Source of the DNA: Gemmatimonadota bacterium
GTDB lineage: Bacteria > Gemmatimonadota > Gemmatimonadetes > Gemmatimonadales > GWC2-71-9
Direction of reading: 5' to 3'
Assembly: GCA_041500125.1 (NCBI GenBank)
Contig: JBGQLP010000013.1
Span: 516-64,515, forward strand
Length of the DNA: 64,000 bases
Position 1 is the stretch's first letter, and every line of letters begins with the position of its first letter. Position numbers and translations under genes: made by a program. The notes under the pieces are model-generated. The model was given only the letters and a program-made list of their open reading frames with translations. It was not told the origin of the DNA and did not search any database. Positions 44,860 to 54,566 of the stretch are shown piece by piece.

Positions 44860-45416
44860 ACCTCCAGCGCGATTCTCTCTTTCAAGATCCACACCTTGGT
44901 GGCAAAGAAGAGTCGGATCATGGCCACGTGGTCGCGGGCCGGCACCAATACCACTAGGACCTCTCCGTCGGTTCCACGGGTGCTCCTGACGTTCTGCTTT
45001 TTTCGCATGCGGCCTTTGAGCGAGTCGAACCACGCAGGCAATTCGTTCCGCTGATCGGCCCGCACGATGTCTCGGCTTTTCGCACCGGTTGGGTCGGCCA
45101 GGGCGACCTGGCAGTACCACTTTCCCTTGGCGTCGCCCTTGGTTGCCCGGGAGAAGGTGAGCGAACGATCGGGCAATTCGGCCCACACCTTCACGTTGGG
45201 CGTGCTCCGGGGCCGCACCTCGACCCGCTCGTCCCGGCCATGAGGAATGCGAACCACGAATTCCCACTCATTTCGGGAGGGGAAATTCTCATCCCGGACG
45301 GCGTAGCTCTGCTCGACACCGGACATTGTCTTGCCGCCGAAAGTCCACGTGGAGGCCCGCTGCTCGCCCGGCCACACGATCACCCGGTCCAACCCGTAAC
45401 GCGTTCGGCGTGTCAT
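44856..45416 (-). CDS. Hypothetical protein (186 aa), no recognisable family
   Basis: ATG 45416 preceded by GAGGAGG; MTRRTRYGLDRVIVWPGEQRASTWTFGG...KGKWYCQVALADPTG...VLVVLVPARDHVAMIRLFFATKVW. First gene of an overlapping four-gene string. Confidence 0.55.
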   Translation of the reverse strand: MTRRTRYGLDRVIVWPGEQRASTWTFGGKTMSGVEQSYAVRDENFPSRNEWEFVVRIPHGRDERVEVRPRSTPNVKVWAELPDRSLTFSRATKGDAKGKWYCQVALADPTGAKSRDIVRADQRNELPAWFDSLKGRMRKKQNVRSTRGTDGEVLVVLVPARDHVAMIRLFFATKVWILKERIALEV

Positions 45417-45604
45417 GGCGGCCTCCTCAAGGATGGTGGACACGAGCGACAGACATCTGCGGTGAGCTGTCCGGAACGACCTCAGCCGCTGATGTGGTTG
45501 TGCAGGCCAGACGTACGATGAGGGGAACTCGGAGCGGATGCAACAGCCCGGCCAGTCGCCGGGTGCCGTCCAGGACGGCACCGCGACGCTGGTCGGTGGG
45601 GGAG

Positions 45605-46435
45605 CTAGGCTGCGGCGCTGGTGAGCGTCAACTGACTCCGGACCGGGATTGCGACCCCGGCTTTCAGTAAGGCGGCCACCCGCTTCGGCAGACGCGGATG
45701 CGACGATATGATCTCCGCTCGGCGGACCCAGAATCCCTTGTCCGTCTCGGCCTGAGCCGCAAACTCGCGCACGTCCACATGGGCATGGAGTTGCTTGCCC
45801 GCCGCGAGCGCCAACAGTCCGGAGATGGCGCCTTCCGGCTGGCAGAACGCCCCGATACGGTCACAGGTGTACTCACACGCGCGGGAGTAGGCCGGTCCGA
45901 GATAGGGGAAGAGCCGTCCGGGAGCGGTCAGCCAGCGATACTTGAGATGCCCCCGCCACACATGGCCGAGCTCGTGGCCGACGATGAAGCCGACTGCTGC
46001 CTCGCCCTGAGCCAGGGCAAGCTCGAGCACATCGGAATAGATGATGACGAAATCCCGGCCCAGGAAACGGGTCGCGAAGGCGTTGAGGATGCCTCCCGAT
46101 TGCATCAGGTAGATGTCCGGCACCCGTTCCATCCCCAATCGGCGGGTATGCGCCGCGGCCAGGCGATGCAGTTGGGGGAACTGCCGCTCCGAGACCCTCA
46201 CACTGTTGCCGCGAACCCGGCCAAGCGCCAGCCCGTGGCCGAACAGGGCCACCAGGGCGAACACGAGGCCGTAAAAGACGATCATGGAAGCGGCCTTGGG
46301 ATCGCCGAGGCCAACCAGAACCAGCCCGGCGTACACCACCAAACTCACCACCACCATGAGACCGTACAGCCAACGCTCGCGAGGGTTGATGAGTTGGCCC
46401 GGCGAGGTGCCTGCGGAACCCTGCGGCGTACGCAT
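45605..46435 (-). CDS. M48-family (HtpX-like) membrane metallopeptidase
   Basis: Two N-terminal TM helices, HExxH in FIVGHELGHVWRGH, downstream ...CEYTCDRIG.... Confidence 0.8.
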   Translation of the reverse strand: MRTPQGSAGTSPGQLINPRERWLYGLMVVVSLVVYAGLVLVGLGDPKAASMIVFYGLVFALVALFGHGLALGRVRGNSVRVSERQFPQLHRLAAAHTRRLGMERVPDIYLMQSGGILNAFATRFLGRDFVIIYSDVLELALAQGEAAVGFIVGHELGHVWRGHLKYRWLTAPGRLFPYLGPAYSRACEYTCDRIGAFCQPEGAISGLLALAAGKQLHAHVDVREFAAQAETDKGFWVRRAEIISSHPRLPKRVAALLKAGVAIPVRSQLTLTSAAA

Positions 46436-46535
46436 GGGCGCGACTCCCTAGTTGTAGGATGGCTGGGGGTCGCGAGAAGATCGACAAGCGTACATCGCCG
46501 CGTCAATAGTGTGCAAAAACTGGCACTAGTCTGAA

Positions 46536-46799
46536 TCACGCAGGCTTCGATAGGGTGATCTCACCATCGACTTGGAGCTCTGGGAGAACGCCAGGAATGT
46601 CCAGGGTTGCGCGCACAGCGAGAACCTCAGTTCCCTTGAGTGCCCCACTTTTCAGGGCGGCATCTACCGACTTTTCGATTTCTCGCTGCGCCGTCACGCC
46701 AAATCGCTTGAGGAACTTTCGGACCTCGAGATTGAAGACTTCCTCATCCACGGTCGCCTCCGGTGTCAAAGGTGGCTGGGCGGTTTCGATCTTGATCAC
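46536..46799 (-). CDS. Small conserved hypothetical protein (87 aa; DUF6494-like from memory)
   Basis: FNLEVRKFLKRFGVTAQREIEKSVDAALKSGALKG. GTG 46799 forms a GTGA overlap with the DCC-family stop. Confidence 0.45.
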   Translation of the reverse strand: MIKIETAQPPLTPEATVDEEVFNLEVRKFLKRFGVTAQREIEKSVDAALKSGALKGTEVLAVRATLDIPGVLPELQVDGEITLSKPA

Positions 46800-47170
46800 T
46801 GAGGCAGGCCGCAGCTGTTTGAGATTTGTAGCCGGTGACGGGCAAAGGTGCGGTAGCTCCAGTCGAAGAGCTGGCGGAGCCCCGGAGCTTCCGACATAAG
46901 GTAAACCGGGTACGCCCACCAGACTCGCCGCATGACGTAGCGATACACCTCCGGGCCCGAGATCAGGCTGCCATCGGGGCGCAGCAGGCGGAGGTCACTG
47001 GTGAGCTCATCCGACGCTAGACCGGTCCGCTCCTGCACCCAGTCGCTCTGCAAGGGGGCGATATCCAGGCCCAGCCGCCGTAGGGTCGGACCCCAGAAAG
47101 GAACCCAGCGGCTACAGATCCCGCAGGCTCCGTCGAAAAGGACCCAGCCTTCGCGTGGTTGCCCCCTCAT
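46796..47170 (-). CDS. DCC-family thiol-disulfide oxidoreductase (DUF393)
   Basis: VLFDGACGICSRWVPFW (DxxCxxC motif) and overall size. Confidence 0.8.
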   Translation of the reverse strand: MRGQPREGWVLFDGACGICSRWVPFWGPTLRRLGLDIAPLQSDWVQERTGLASDELTSDLRLLRPDGSLISGPEVYRYVMRRVWWAYPVYLMSEAPGLRQLFDWSYRTFARHRLQISNSCGLPQ

Positions 47171-47385
47171 CGCACCGTGCTTTCTTCGCCACCCACTTGG
47201 TCCAGCAATCGCTGAAGCACCTTCTGGTCCTCCTGCGCCTCAGCGGAGAGGCCGGTGAAAAACTGCTTGTGCTCAGGGTTCGGGTGGAGATCGGCAAGAT
47301 GGTCTAGCAGTTCCAGTGCAGCGACGGATCCGGCGAGGTACTGCTCATTCTTGTCTCCTTTCGGTGCCGTGCTTGCGTACCGCAA
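47167..47385 (-). CDS. Hypothetical small helical protein (72 aa)
   Basis: ORF-track ORF. ATGA overlap with the DCC gene; 41-nt overlap with the upstream membrane gene makes it uncertain. Confidence 0.35.
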   Translation of the reverse strand: MRYASTAPKGDKNEQYLAGSVAALELLDHLADLHPNPEHKQFFTGLSAEAQEDQKVLQRLLDQVGGEESTVR

Positions 47386-47746
47386 ACCACAAACAGAGGA
47401 AACCTATCACCAGGGGTGGACCTACCACGTCCGCCCCGCCCAGAACCCAGGACCCCCGCAGACGAGCCATGATCGGGATGTGTAGCCTGAGCGCCGACAG
47501 GCCGAGCGGCAGCATGCTTCCTAGAACGGTTGCGATCGCGATCGCAACCAGGGAGCGTTCGCGAGGCCAGCGCCAGACCAGAGGGGCTGTCAGGATCACG
47601 GCCACTGCCGCCCCCAGTATCATCCAGAACCCGTCGTAGACGCGTAACTCCGGAATCGCCGAGTCGCGGGCTGCCCAGGTGGCCCAGGCAAACGCGACCA
47701 GGGCACCGATCGCGGCGACGATCTGGCCGGTGGTACGCCGGGTCAC
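47345..47746 (-). CDS. Hypothetical integral membrane protein (about 4 TM)
   Basis: IVAAIGALVAFAWATWAA..., FWMILGAAVAVILTAPLVW, LVAIAIATVLGSMLPLGL, PPLVIGFLCLWFAV. 4-nt overlap with the pyrE stop. Confidence 0.6.
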   Translation of the reverse strand: MTRRTTGQIVAAIGALVAFAWATWAARDSAIPELRVYDGFWMILGAAVAVILTAPLVWRWPRERSLVAIAIATVLGSMLPLGLSALRLHIPIMARLRGSWVLGGADVVGPPLVIGFLCLWFAVRKHGTERRQE

Positions 47747-48296
47747 GAAAGGTCTCCCAATCCGAGCTCGCCCGCGGTAGTCAGGGTTACCACCCGCCGC
47801 CCGCCCGCCTCCAGCGCGGCGCGTCCGCCCTGTTCCCGATCGACCACTGCCAGGACACCGAGCACCTGGCCTCCTGCCTGTTCGACGGCGGCGATGGCCC
47901 GGACGGCGGAAACACCCGAGGTGATCACATCCTCAACTACGACGACCTGGTCTTCCGTCTTGAAGTTACCCTCGATCAGGCGGCCCTTGCCGTGATCCTT
48001 GGCCTCCTTGCGCACGCTGAAGGCGTTCACCGGCCGGTCGTTGCCGAAGCTCGCCGCGGCAATGGCGTAGGCTACCGGGTCCGCGCCCATGGTGAGGCCT
48101 CCTACCGCTGCGGGCCGCCAGCCCGCTTTTCGGATGGCTTCCCAGCCCATCCGCCCGATCAGCACCATCCCCTCAGCGGACATGGTCGCGAGGCGGCAAT
48201 CGATGTAGTAGGAAGAGTGGCGTCCCGAGGCCAGCACGAAATCTCCCCGCTGCACCGAGCGCTCCAGCAACAGCCGCCGGAGCGACTCATGGTCGG

Positions 48297-48300
<4 letters not shown>
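47743..48300 (-). CDS. pyrE: Orotate phosphoribosyltransferase
   Basis: RGDFVLASGRHSSYYIDCR..., PRPP motif VVVVEDVITSGVS. Confidence 0.9.
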
Positions 48301-49193
<893 letters not shown>

Positions 49194-49315
49194 GGCGTGG
49201 CCAAGCTAGTTAATCTCGCAAGAGGCAGCAAGTTGTGCTTGACGCCTCTCCTCCGCCGTCACTAACCTTCCGCAGCCTGCAATGGCGCAGGTCTGCGGTT
49301 CATCGGGAGAATGCC

Positions 49316-50653
49316 ATGCGTCGGCTCGTTACGGTTGTGCTGCTCAGCGCCGCCACTCTTCATTGCGGCAGCTGGAAGCGGGTCGGCACCCGTGATGCGC
49401 CGGCTCCGGCGGACCAGCTTACCCAGCTGGTCAACGTCTCTTCCTTCTATCAGAAACTCGGACGCCTGGCGGCGGGAGACCCGCTGCCATTCGTAGGGGC
49501 AGTGGCGTTTGCCGCTGGCCCGGGTGACTCGGTCATTACTCTCATCGGGCTCTCGCTGGAGAATCGAGCCCTCGCCTTTCAGCGCGAGGGCAAGCTCTTC
49601 ATTGCCCGCTACCGGGTGAGCATTTCGTTCCAGCGTGAAGGCACTCGTTCGGTGGAGCTCACCCGGGACGAGATCGTGCGGGTCCCTACCTTTCAGGAAA
49701 CCCTGCGCGCCGACGAGAGCGTGCTGTTTCAGCAGATCCTTCGCCTCACCTCCGGACCATACAATGTCAGTGTCACGGTGCGCGATGCGAGCTCGACCGC
49801 CGAGAGTCGCGCCCAGGGGAAATACACTGCCCCGGCCTTCGCCACAGGGACCACCTCGGCCCCGATTCTGACCTACCAGGCTACCGGCCGTGCCAGTCGA
49901 TCCGACCCACTCTCCGTGGTGCTGAACCCTCGCGGCGCGGTAGGATATGGAGCCGATACACTACTGGCCTACATCGAGGGATATGATTTCCCCGGCCCGG
50001 CAACGGTCCCGTTTCACGTTCTCGACGAGCAGCAAGAGGTCATCTATACCGACTCCCTTCGGTTCCGTGGGGGTCGCCCGGTCGAGAGCCAGGTTATCCG
50101 GCTGGCGCCCGACAGCATCTCTCTCGGTGAGCTGAAGCTGGTGGTCGGAAGCGGGCCTGCCGAGCGTACCATCTCCGCCCTGGTCTCATTCTCCCAGGCA
50201 TGGGTGATCACCAACTTCGACGAGATGCTCGACCTGCTCCGGTACTTCGGCCAGGATGCCCGGGTGAGTGCCATGCGCAAGGCTCCGCCGGCTGAGCGCT
50301 CTCGGCTCTGGCGGGAGTTTTATGCTGACACCGATCCCAATAAGGTCACCCCCGAGAATGAGGCGCTGAATCAGTACTTTGCTCGAATCAGCGCGGCGAA
50401 CGGCAAATTCACCGACGAGGGAGTCCCCGGCTGGCGTACCGATCGGGGCGAGGTTTTCATCGCACTGGGGGCCCCCGATGAGAGCATCGAATCCACCCCG
50501 GGGACCGCGGGCCGGGTGGTCCGGTGGTCGTATCTCACCTACCGGCTGAATCTCTTCTTTCAGGATGAGACCGGCTTCGGCCGGCTCCGGCTTACTCCGG
50601 GGTCCCGGGCCGAATTCGAGCGCACGGTGAACCGGGTGCGTCGACAAGGGTAA
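49316..50653 (+). CDS. GWxTD-domain protein, secreted
   Basis: MRRLVTVVLLSAATLHCGS (signal/lipobox-like); C-terminal GVPGWRTDRGEVFIALGAPDE motif. ATG 49316 after GGGAGA. Confidence 0.8.
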   Translation: MRRLVTVVLLSAATLHCGSWKRVGTRDAPAPADQLTQLVNVSSFYQKLGRLAAGDPLPFVGAVAFAAGPGDSVITLIGLSLENRALAFQREGKLFIARYRVSISFQREGTRSVELTRDEIVRVPTFQETLRADESVLFQQILRLTSGPYNVSVTVRDASSTAESRAQGKYTAPAFATGTTSAPILTYQATGRASRSDPLSVVLNPRGAVGYGADTLLAYIEGYDFPGPATVPFHVLDEQQEVIYTDSLRFRGGRPVESQVIRLAPDSISLGELKLVVGSGPAERTISALVSFSQAWVITNFDEMLDLLRYFGQDARVSAMRKAPPAERSRLWREFYADTDPNKVTPENEALNQYFARISAANGKFTDEGVPGWRTDRGEVFIALGAPDESIESTPGTAGRVVRWSYLTYRLNLFFQDETGFGRLRLTPGSRAEFERTVNRVRRQG

Positions 50654-50654
50654 G

Positions 50655-50728
50655 CGGCAGGGACGGGAAAGTCTGGCTTCCGGAATGCCGTTCCGACCTT
50701 CCCGACCTTCCCGTCCTTCCCGTCTTAT
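50655..50728 (+). repeat. 9-bp-periodic inverted repeat element, locus 3 (just upstream of polA)
   Basis: CCGACCTTC CCGACCTTC CCGTCCTTC CCGTCTTAT (50693-50728). It is preceded by the purine side AGCGGCAGG GACGGGAAA (50654-50671). GGACGGGAA(A)G can pair with CTTCCCGTCC (50707-50716). Confidence 0.6.
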
Positions 50729-50738
50729 CTTTCCCCGC

Positions 50739-53588
50739 ATGGCCCCCAACCACAAACCCCCACAAATCTTCCTCATCGACGGCTATGCCCTGATCTATCG
50801 GGCGTTTTATGCGATGATCGCCCGGCCGTTGCGCACGGCCAAGGGTGAAAACACCTCCGCCGCGTGGGGCGTAGTGAATTTTCTGCTGCGACTGCGGGAG
50901 AAATATCGGCCGGATTATGTCGCCTGGATCAACGATGCCGGCACGTCGTTCCGGGAGGAGCGATATGCCGACTACAAGTCGACCCGGGAAAAGCTCGACC
51001 AGGAGCTCCAGGCCGACTTCGACCGATCGGTGGAGCGTATCTGCCAGCTGCTGGAGGCATTTGGGATCCCCCTGATCGCGATCCCGGGCTACGAGGCAGA
51101 CGACGTGATAGGAACACTGGCGGCCACGGCGGCCGGCCGTGGTTTGCAGGCGGTGATCGTCTCGGGCGACAAGGACTTCTACCAGCTGGTGAGTCCTGGA
51201 ATCGCGTTGCTGAATCCGGGGCGGGGCGGTCCCGCCGCCGTGGATGAGGTCTGGGTGGATGAATCGAACGCGACCGATCGGCTGGGAGTGCCACCGCGTC
51301 AGGTCGTCGATTTCCTGGCCCTGGTCGGCGATTCCTCCGACAACATCCCAGGCGTGAAAGGCATTGGCGACAAGGGTGCCCAGAAGCTGCTGGAGGCGTA
51401 CGGCGACCTGGAAACCATGCTGGCCCGCGCCGGGGAGATCACCGCGAAGCGGCCTCGGGAGGCGCTTCTGAGTCAGGCGGATAACGCCCGACTCTCCCGA
51501 GAATTGGTGACCATCAAGCGGGATGTGCCCGTCGAGCTCGATATCGACGATCTGGTTCTGCACGAGCCCGACCGCGAGGCGGTAATCCGGATTCTGACGG
51601 AGCTCGAGTTCTACTCTCTCGCCCGGCGGCTCACGGACGCCGCCCCGGTAGAGACGCCTTCCGCTCCGCCGCTGGCCGAAGATGAGGCGTCACAAGAGCT
51701 CGACCTGTCGGCGGATTCCTGGTTGAGCCTCTCAGACCTTTCGGGTCCCTCCGCGCCAGAGGTAACCGTCATCGATGACCCGGACGATTTGCCGGCGCTG
51801 GTGGAGCGCCTGAGGGCAGCACCGCTGGTGGGACTGGATGTGGAGGGCTCCGGCTACGAGCCACACGATGCGGACTTGGTAGGGCTCTCCCTGGCGGCGA
51901 GTCCAGAGGAGGTTTGGTATCTGCCGTTTGGCCATCGCCCCGGGGGTGGCGAGCTCGCCGCCCCCGTGCCGGTCCGGAACCTCCCTCCGCTGACCGACTT
52001 CGCGACGGCCCCGCTGTATGCCCTGCTGACCGACCCTGAGGTCCCCAAAGCCGGGCACAACATCAAGTATGACTGGCAGGTGCTACGGAGAAATGGGATC
52101 GAGCTGGCCGGTGTAGCGTATGACTCGATGCTTGCCAGTTTCGTCCTTGATCCGGGCCGGCGATCCCATGCCATAGACACCCTTTGCCTCGAGCACCTGG
52201 GTCGCACCTTGCAGACCTATCGTGACCTGGCAGGGAAGGGAAAGTCGGAAGTTCCCTTCGCGGAGGTCGCCGTACCGCTCGCGGCGAATTATTGCGGAAC
52301 CGACAGCGCCACCGTCCTGGCCCTGCATCAGTTCTTCGCGCCGATGTTGAGCGAGATGGCCCTGGAGCCGCTGCTGCGTGACATCGAAATGCCGTTGTTG
52401 GAGGTGTTGGTGGACATGGAATGGGAGGGGATCACCATCGATCGGGCGCTGTTTCGAAGGCTGAGCGACGAGCTGCGAGGTGACCTGTGCCGGCTCGAGG
52501 AGGAGATCACCCGGGCCGCCGGGACCGATCTCAACCTCAATTCACCCCGGCAGCTCGCCAGCGTCCTCTTCGAGAAGCATCAACTTCCGGTGCTGAAAAA
52601 GACCAAGACCGGCCCCTCGACCGACGCCGATGTCCTGGAGCAGCTCGCGGCCATGGGACACGAGCTGCCCCGTCTCATCCTCGAGTATCGCGAGCTGCAG
52701 AAGCTCAAGAGCACGTATGTAGATACCCTTCCCGAGCGGATCAATCGTACGACCGGGCGAATTCATACCAGCTTCAATCAGGCCGGCGCCGCTACCGGCC
52801 GGCTCAGCTCCGCTGAACCCAATCTGCAGAACATTCCCGTCCGGACCCCGCGGGGGGAGGCGATCCGGGCTGGCTTCGTGCCTCGAGAAGGCTGGGTCTT
52901 TCTGGTGGCCGACTACTCCCAGATCGAGCTTCGGATCATGGCCCATCTGTCGGGCGACGCGGCGTTCATCGAGGCGTTTCATCAGGGAGGAGATATTCAC
53001 CGCCAGACAGCGGCGCTCATCTTCAATGTGCCACCCGCTGAGGTCACCGGGGAGATGCGGGCGCGGGCCAAGACCATCAACTTCGCCACCATCTACGGAC
53101 AGGGGCCCTTCGCACTGAGCCGCCAGCTCGGCATCTCCCAGGAGGACGCCCGGGGCTTCATCGCTCGGTACTTCGAGCGCTTCTCCGGGGTCCGCGCTTT
53201 CCTCGATCGGCAGATCGAGCTGGCTCGGCAGCAAGGCTATGTCGAGACCCTCTTCAAGCGGCGCCGCTATATCCCCGAGATTAAGGAGCGCAATTTCAGC
53301 CTCCGGGCCTATGGCGAGCGCAACGCTCAGAACTCTCCCCTCCAAGGTTCAGCTGCCGATCTGATCAAGCTCGCTATGGTCCGGATCCACCGTGCCATTC
53401 GCGAGCGGAGTCTGGCCGGCCGCATGCTTCTTCAGGTACACGATGAACTGGTCTTCGAGGTCCCGCCGCAGGAAGTCGAGGCCATGACCCAGTTGGTTCG
53501 GGAGCATATGGAGAACGTCGTCGAATTGAGGGTCCCTTTGGTCGTGGACATAGGCGTCGGGCCAAATTGGCTCGAAGCCAAGAGATAG
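50739..53588 (+). CDS. polA: DNA polymerase I
   Basis: 5'-nuclease N-terminus (IFLIDGYALIYRAFYA), 3'-5' exo-like domain, polymerase motifs (DYSQIELRIMAHLSGD, RRxAKTINFGxxYG-type RARAKTINFATIYG, QVHDELVFEV). ATG 50739; the upstream 18 codons of the track ORF are the tandem repeat. Confidence 0.95.
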   Translation: MAPNHKPPQIFLIDGYALIYRAFYAMIARPLRTAKGENTSAAWGVVNFLLRLREKYRPDYVAWINDAGTSFREERYADYKSTREKLDQELQADFDRSVERICQLLEAFGIPLIAIPGYEADDVIGTLAATAAGRGLQAVIVSGDKDFYQLVSPGIALLNPGRGGPAAVDEVWVDESNATDRLGVPPRQVVDFLALVGDSSDNIPGVKGIGDKGAQKLLEAYGDLETMLARAGEITAKRPREALLSQADNARLSRELVTIKRDVPVELDIDDLVLHEPDREAVIRILTELEFYSLARRLTDAAPVETPSAPPLAEDEASQELDLSADSWLSLSDLSGPSAPEVTVIDDPDDLPALVERLRAAPLVGLDVEGSGYEPHDADLVGLSLAASPEEVWYLPFGHRPGGGELAAPVPVRNLPPLTDFATAPLYALLTDPEVPKAGHNIKYDWQVLRRNGIELAGVAYDSMLASFVLDPGRRSHAIDTLCLEHLGRTLQTYRDLAGKGKSEVPFAEVAVPLAANYCGTDSATVLALHQFFAPMLSEMALEPLLRDIEMPLLEVLVDMEWEGITIDRALFRRLSDELRGDLCRLEEEITRAAGTDLNLNSPRQLASVLFEKHQLPVLKKTKTGPSTDADVLEQLAAMGHELPRLILEYRELQKLKSTYVDTLPERINRTTGRIHTSFNQAGAATGRLSSAEPNLQNIPVRTPRGEAIRAGFVPREGWVFLVADYSQIELRIMAHLSGDAAFIEAFHQGGDIHRQTAALIFNVPPAEVTGEMRARAKTINFATIYGQGPFALSRQLGISQEDARGFIARYFERFSGVRAFLDRQIELARQQGYVETLFKRRRYIPEIKERNFSLRAYGERNAQNSPLQGSAADLIKLAMVRIHRAIRERSLAGRMLLQVHDELVFEVPPQEVEAMTQLVREHMENVVELRVPLVVDIGVGPNWLEAKR

Positions 53589-53730
53589 CGGGGCTCGCGC
53601 AGATCTTGCGTTGGTCGCAAATGGCCTCCAGGCCGGTAGTTGCGAAGCAGGAAGCCGGCCAATCCTCTCAAGTCGATGCGGCATACGGCGCTGGAGTGGT
53701 GCCATCAGTCGGGCCATGTAGCGGAGATCT

Positions 53731-54558
53731 ATGAAGCCCAGGCTTCTGCCCCTGGTCACAGTCGGGTTGTTTGCGATGGTCGTGGCGGATCGGCTATCGC
53801 ATGCCTTTGCATCTGCCTCCCGCCAGAGCGCAGTCCAGGGGCCAAGCGACACCCGTTCAGCGACGGTAGACCTCCCCGCGATGGGACGACCAGAGGCTGT
53901 CGCGGTGAAGGCCAACCCCGCTGCCGCGGTTGCTCCACCGAGCACATCCAGCACCCCGACCATAGAGCGGCTGGCTCGGCTCGCGGCACGGCAACAGCTC
54001 AGCCGCGAGTCGAGGCTGACCTACCTCGACTCTTTGATCATCAGCACCGACTCAGTCGTGCGCCGCTGGCCCGACCGAAGCGGAGTCCCACTCCGTGTCT
54101 CGCTGATCGAGGGCGGCCCGCCGGGCTATCAGCCTCGAATGGCCGGCTTCGTACGAGAAGCGCTCAGTCGGTGGGAGAGTGCCGGGATCGGAGTGCGGTT
54201 CGCCACCGTGACCGACACTGCCGATGCCGATATCCTGGTCCGTTGGATCGATCACTTCGACTTCGATCGCGCAGGCCAGACCGACCTTACCTGGGATCAG
54301 GCCGGACGAGTCCGGAAGGCGGCCATACTGCTCGCGCTTCGCACCCACACTGGAGTCGTGCTTCCGGATCCGGCCCTCCTCACCGTGGCCGTGCACGAGA
54401 CCGGCCACGCCCTGGGACTGCCCCATTCTCCCGATTCGAACGACGTCATGTTCCCTGCCACCCAGACCGGCATCCTCACCGAGCGGGACCGGCGCACCGC
54501 TCAGGTCTTGTATCAGCTGCCCACCGGACCGGTACGGGACAGCGGTGAAACGCCCTGA
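53731..54558 (+). CDS. Matrixin-type (M10) zinc metalloprotease, secreted
   Basis: Signal/TM MKPRLLPLVTVGLFAMVVA; zinc motif VAVHETGHALGLPHSPDSNDVMF (HExxHxxGxxH + Met-turn). Confidence 0.8.
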   Translation: MKPRLLPLVTVGLFAMVVADRLSHAFASASRQSAVQGPSDTRSATVDLPAMGRPEAVAVKANPAAAVAPPSTSSTPTIERLARLAARQQLSRESRLTYLDSLIISTDSVVRRWPDRSGVPLRVSLIEGGPPGYQPRMAGFVREALSRWESAGIGVRFATVTDTADADILVRWIDHFDFDRAGQTDLTWDQAGRVRKAAILLALRTHTGVVLPDPALLTVAVHETGHALGLPHSPDSNDVMFPATQTGILTERDRRTAQVLYQLPTGPVRDSGETP

Positions 54559-54566
54559 AGGTATCC

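Noticed and set aside
46521-46535. TGGCAC at 46521 as a sigma54 promoter
   Set aside because: There is no GC at the -12 position (AA instead) and no plus-strand gene downstream.
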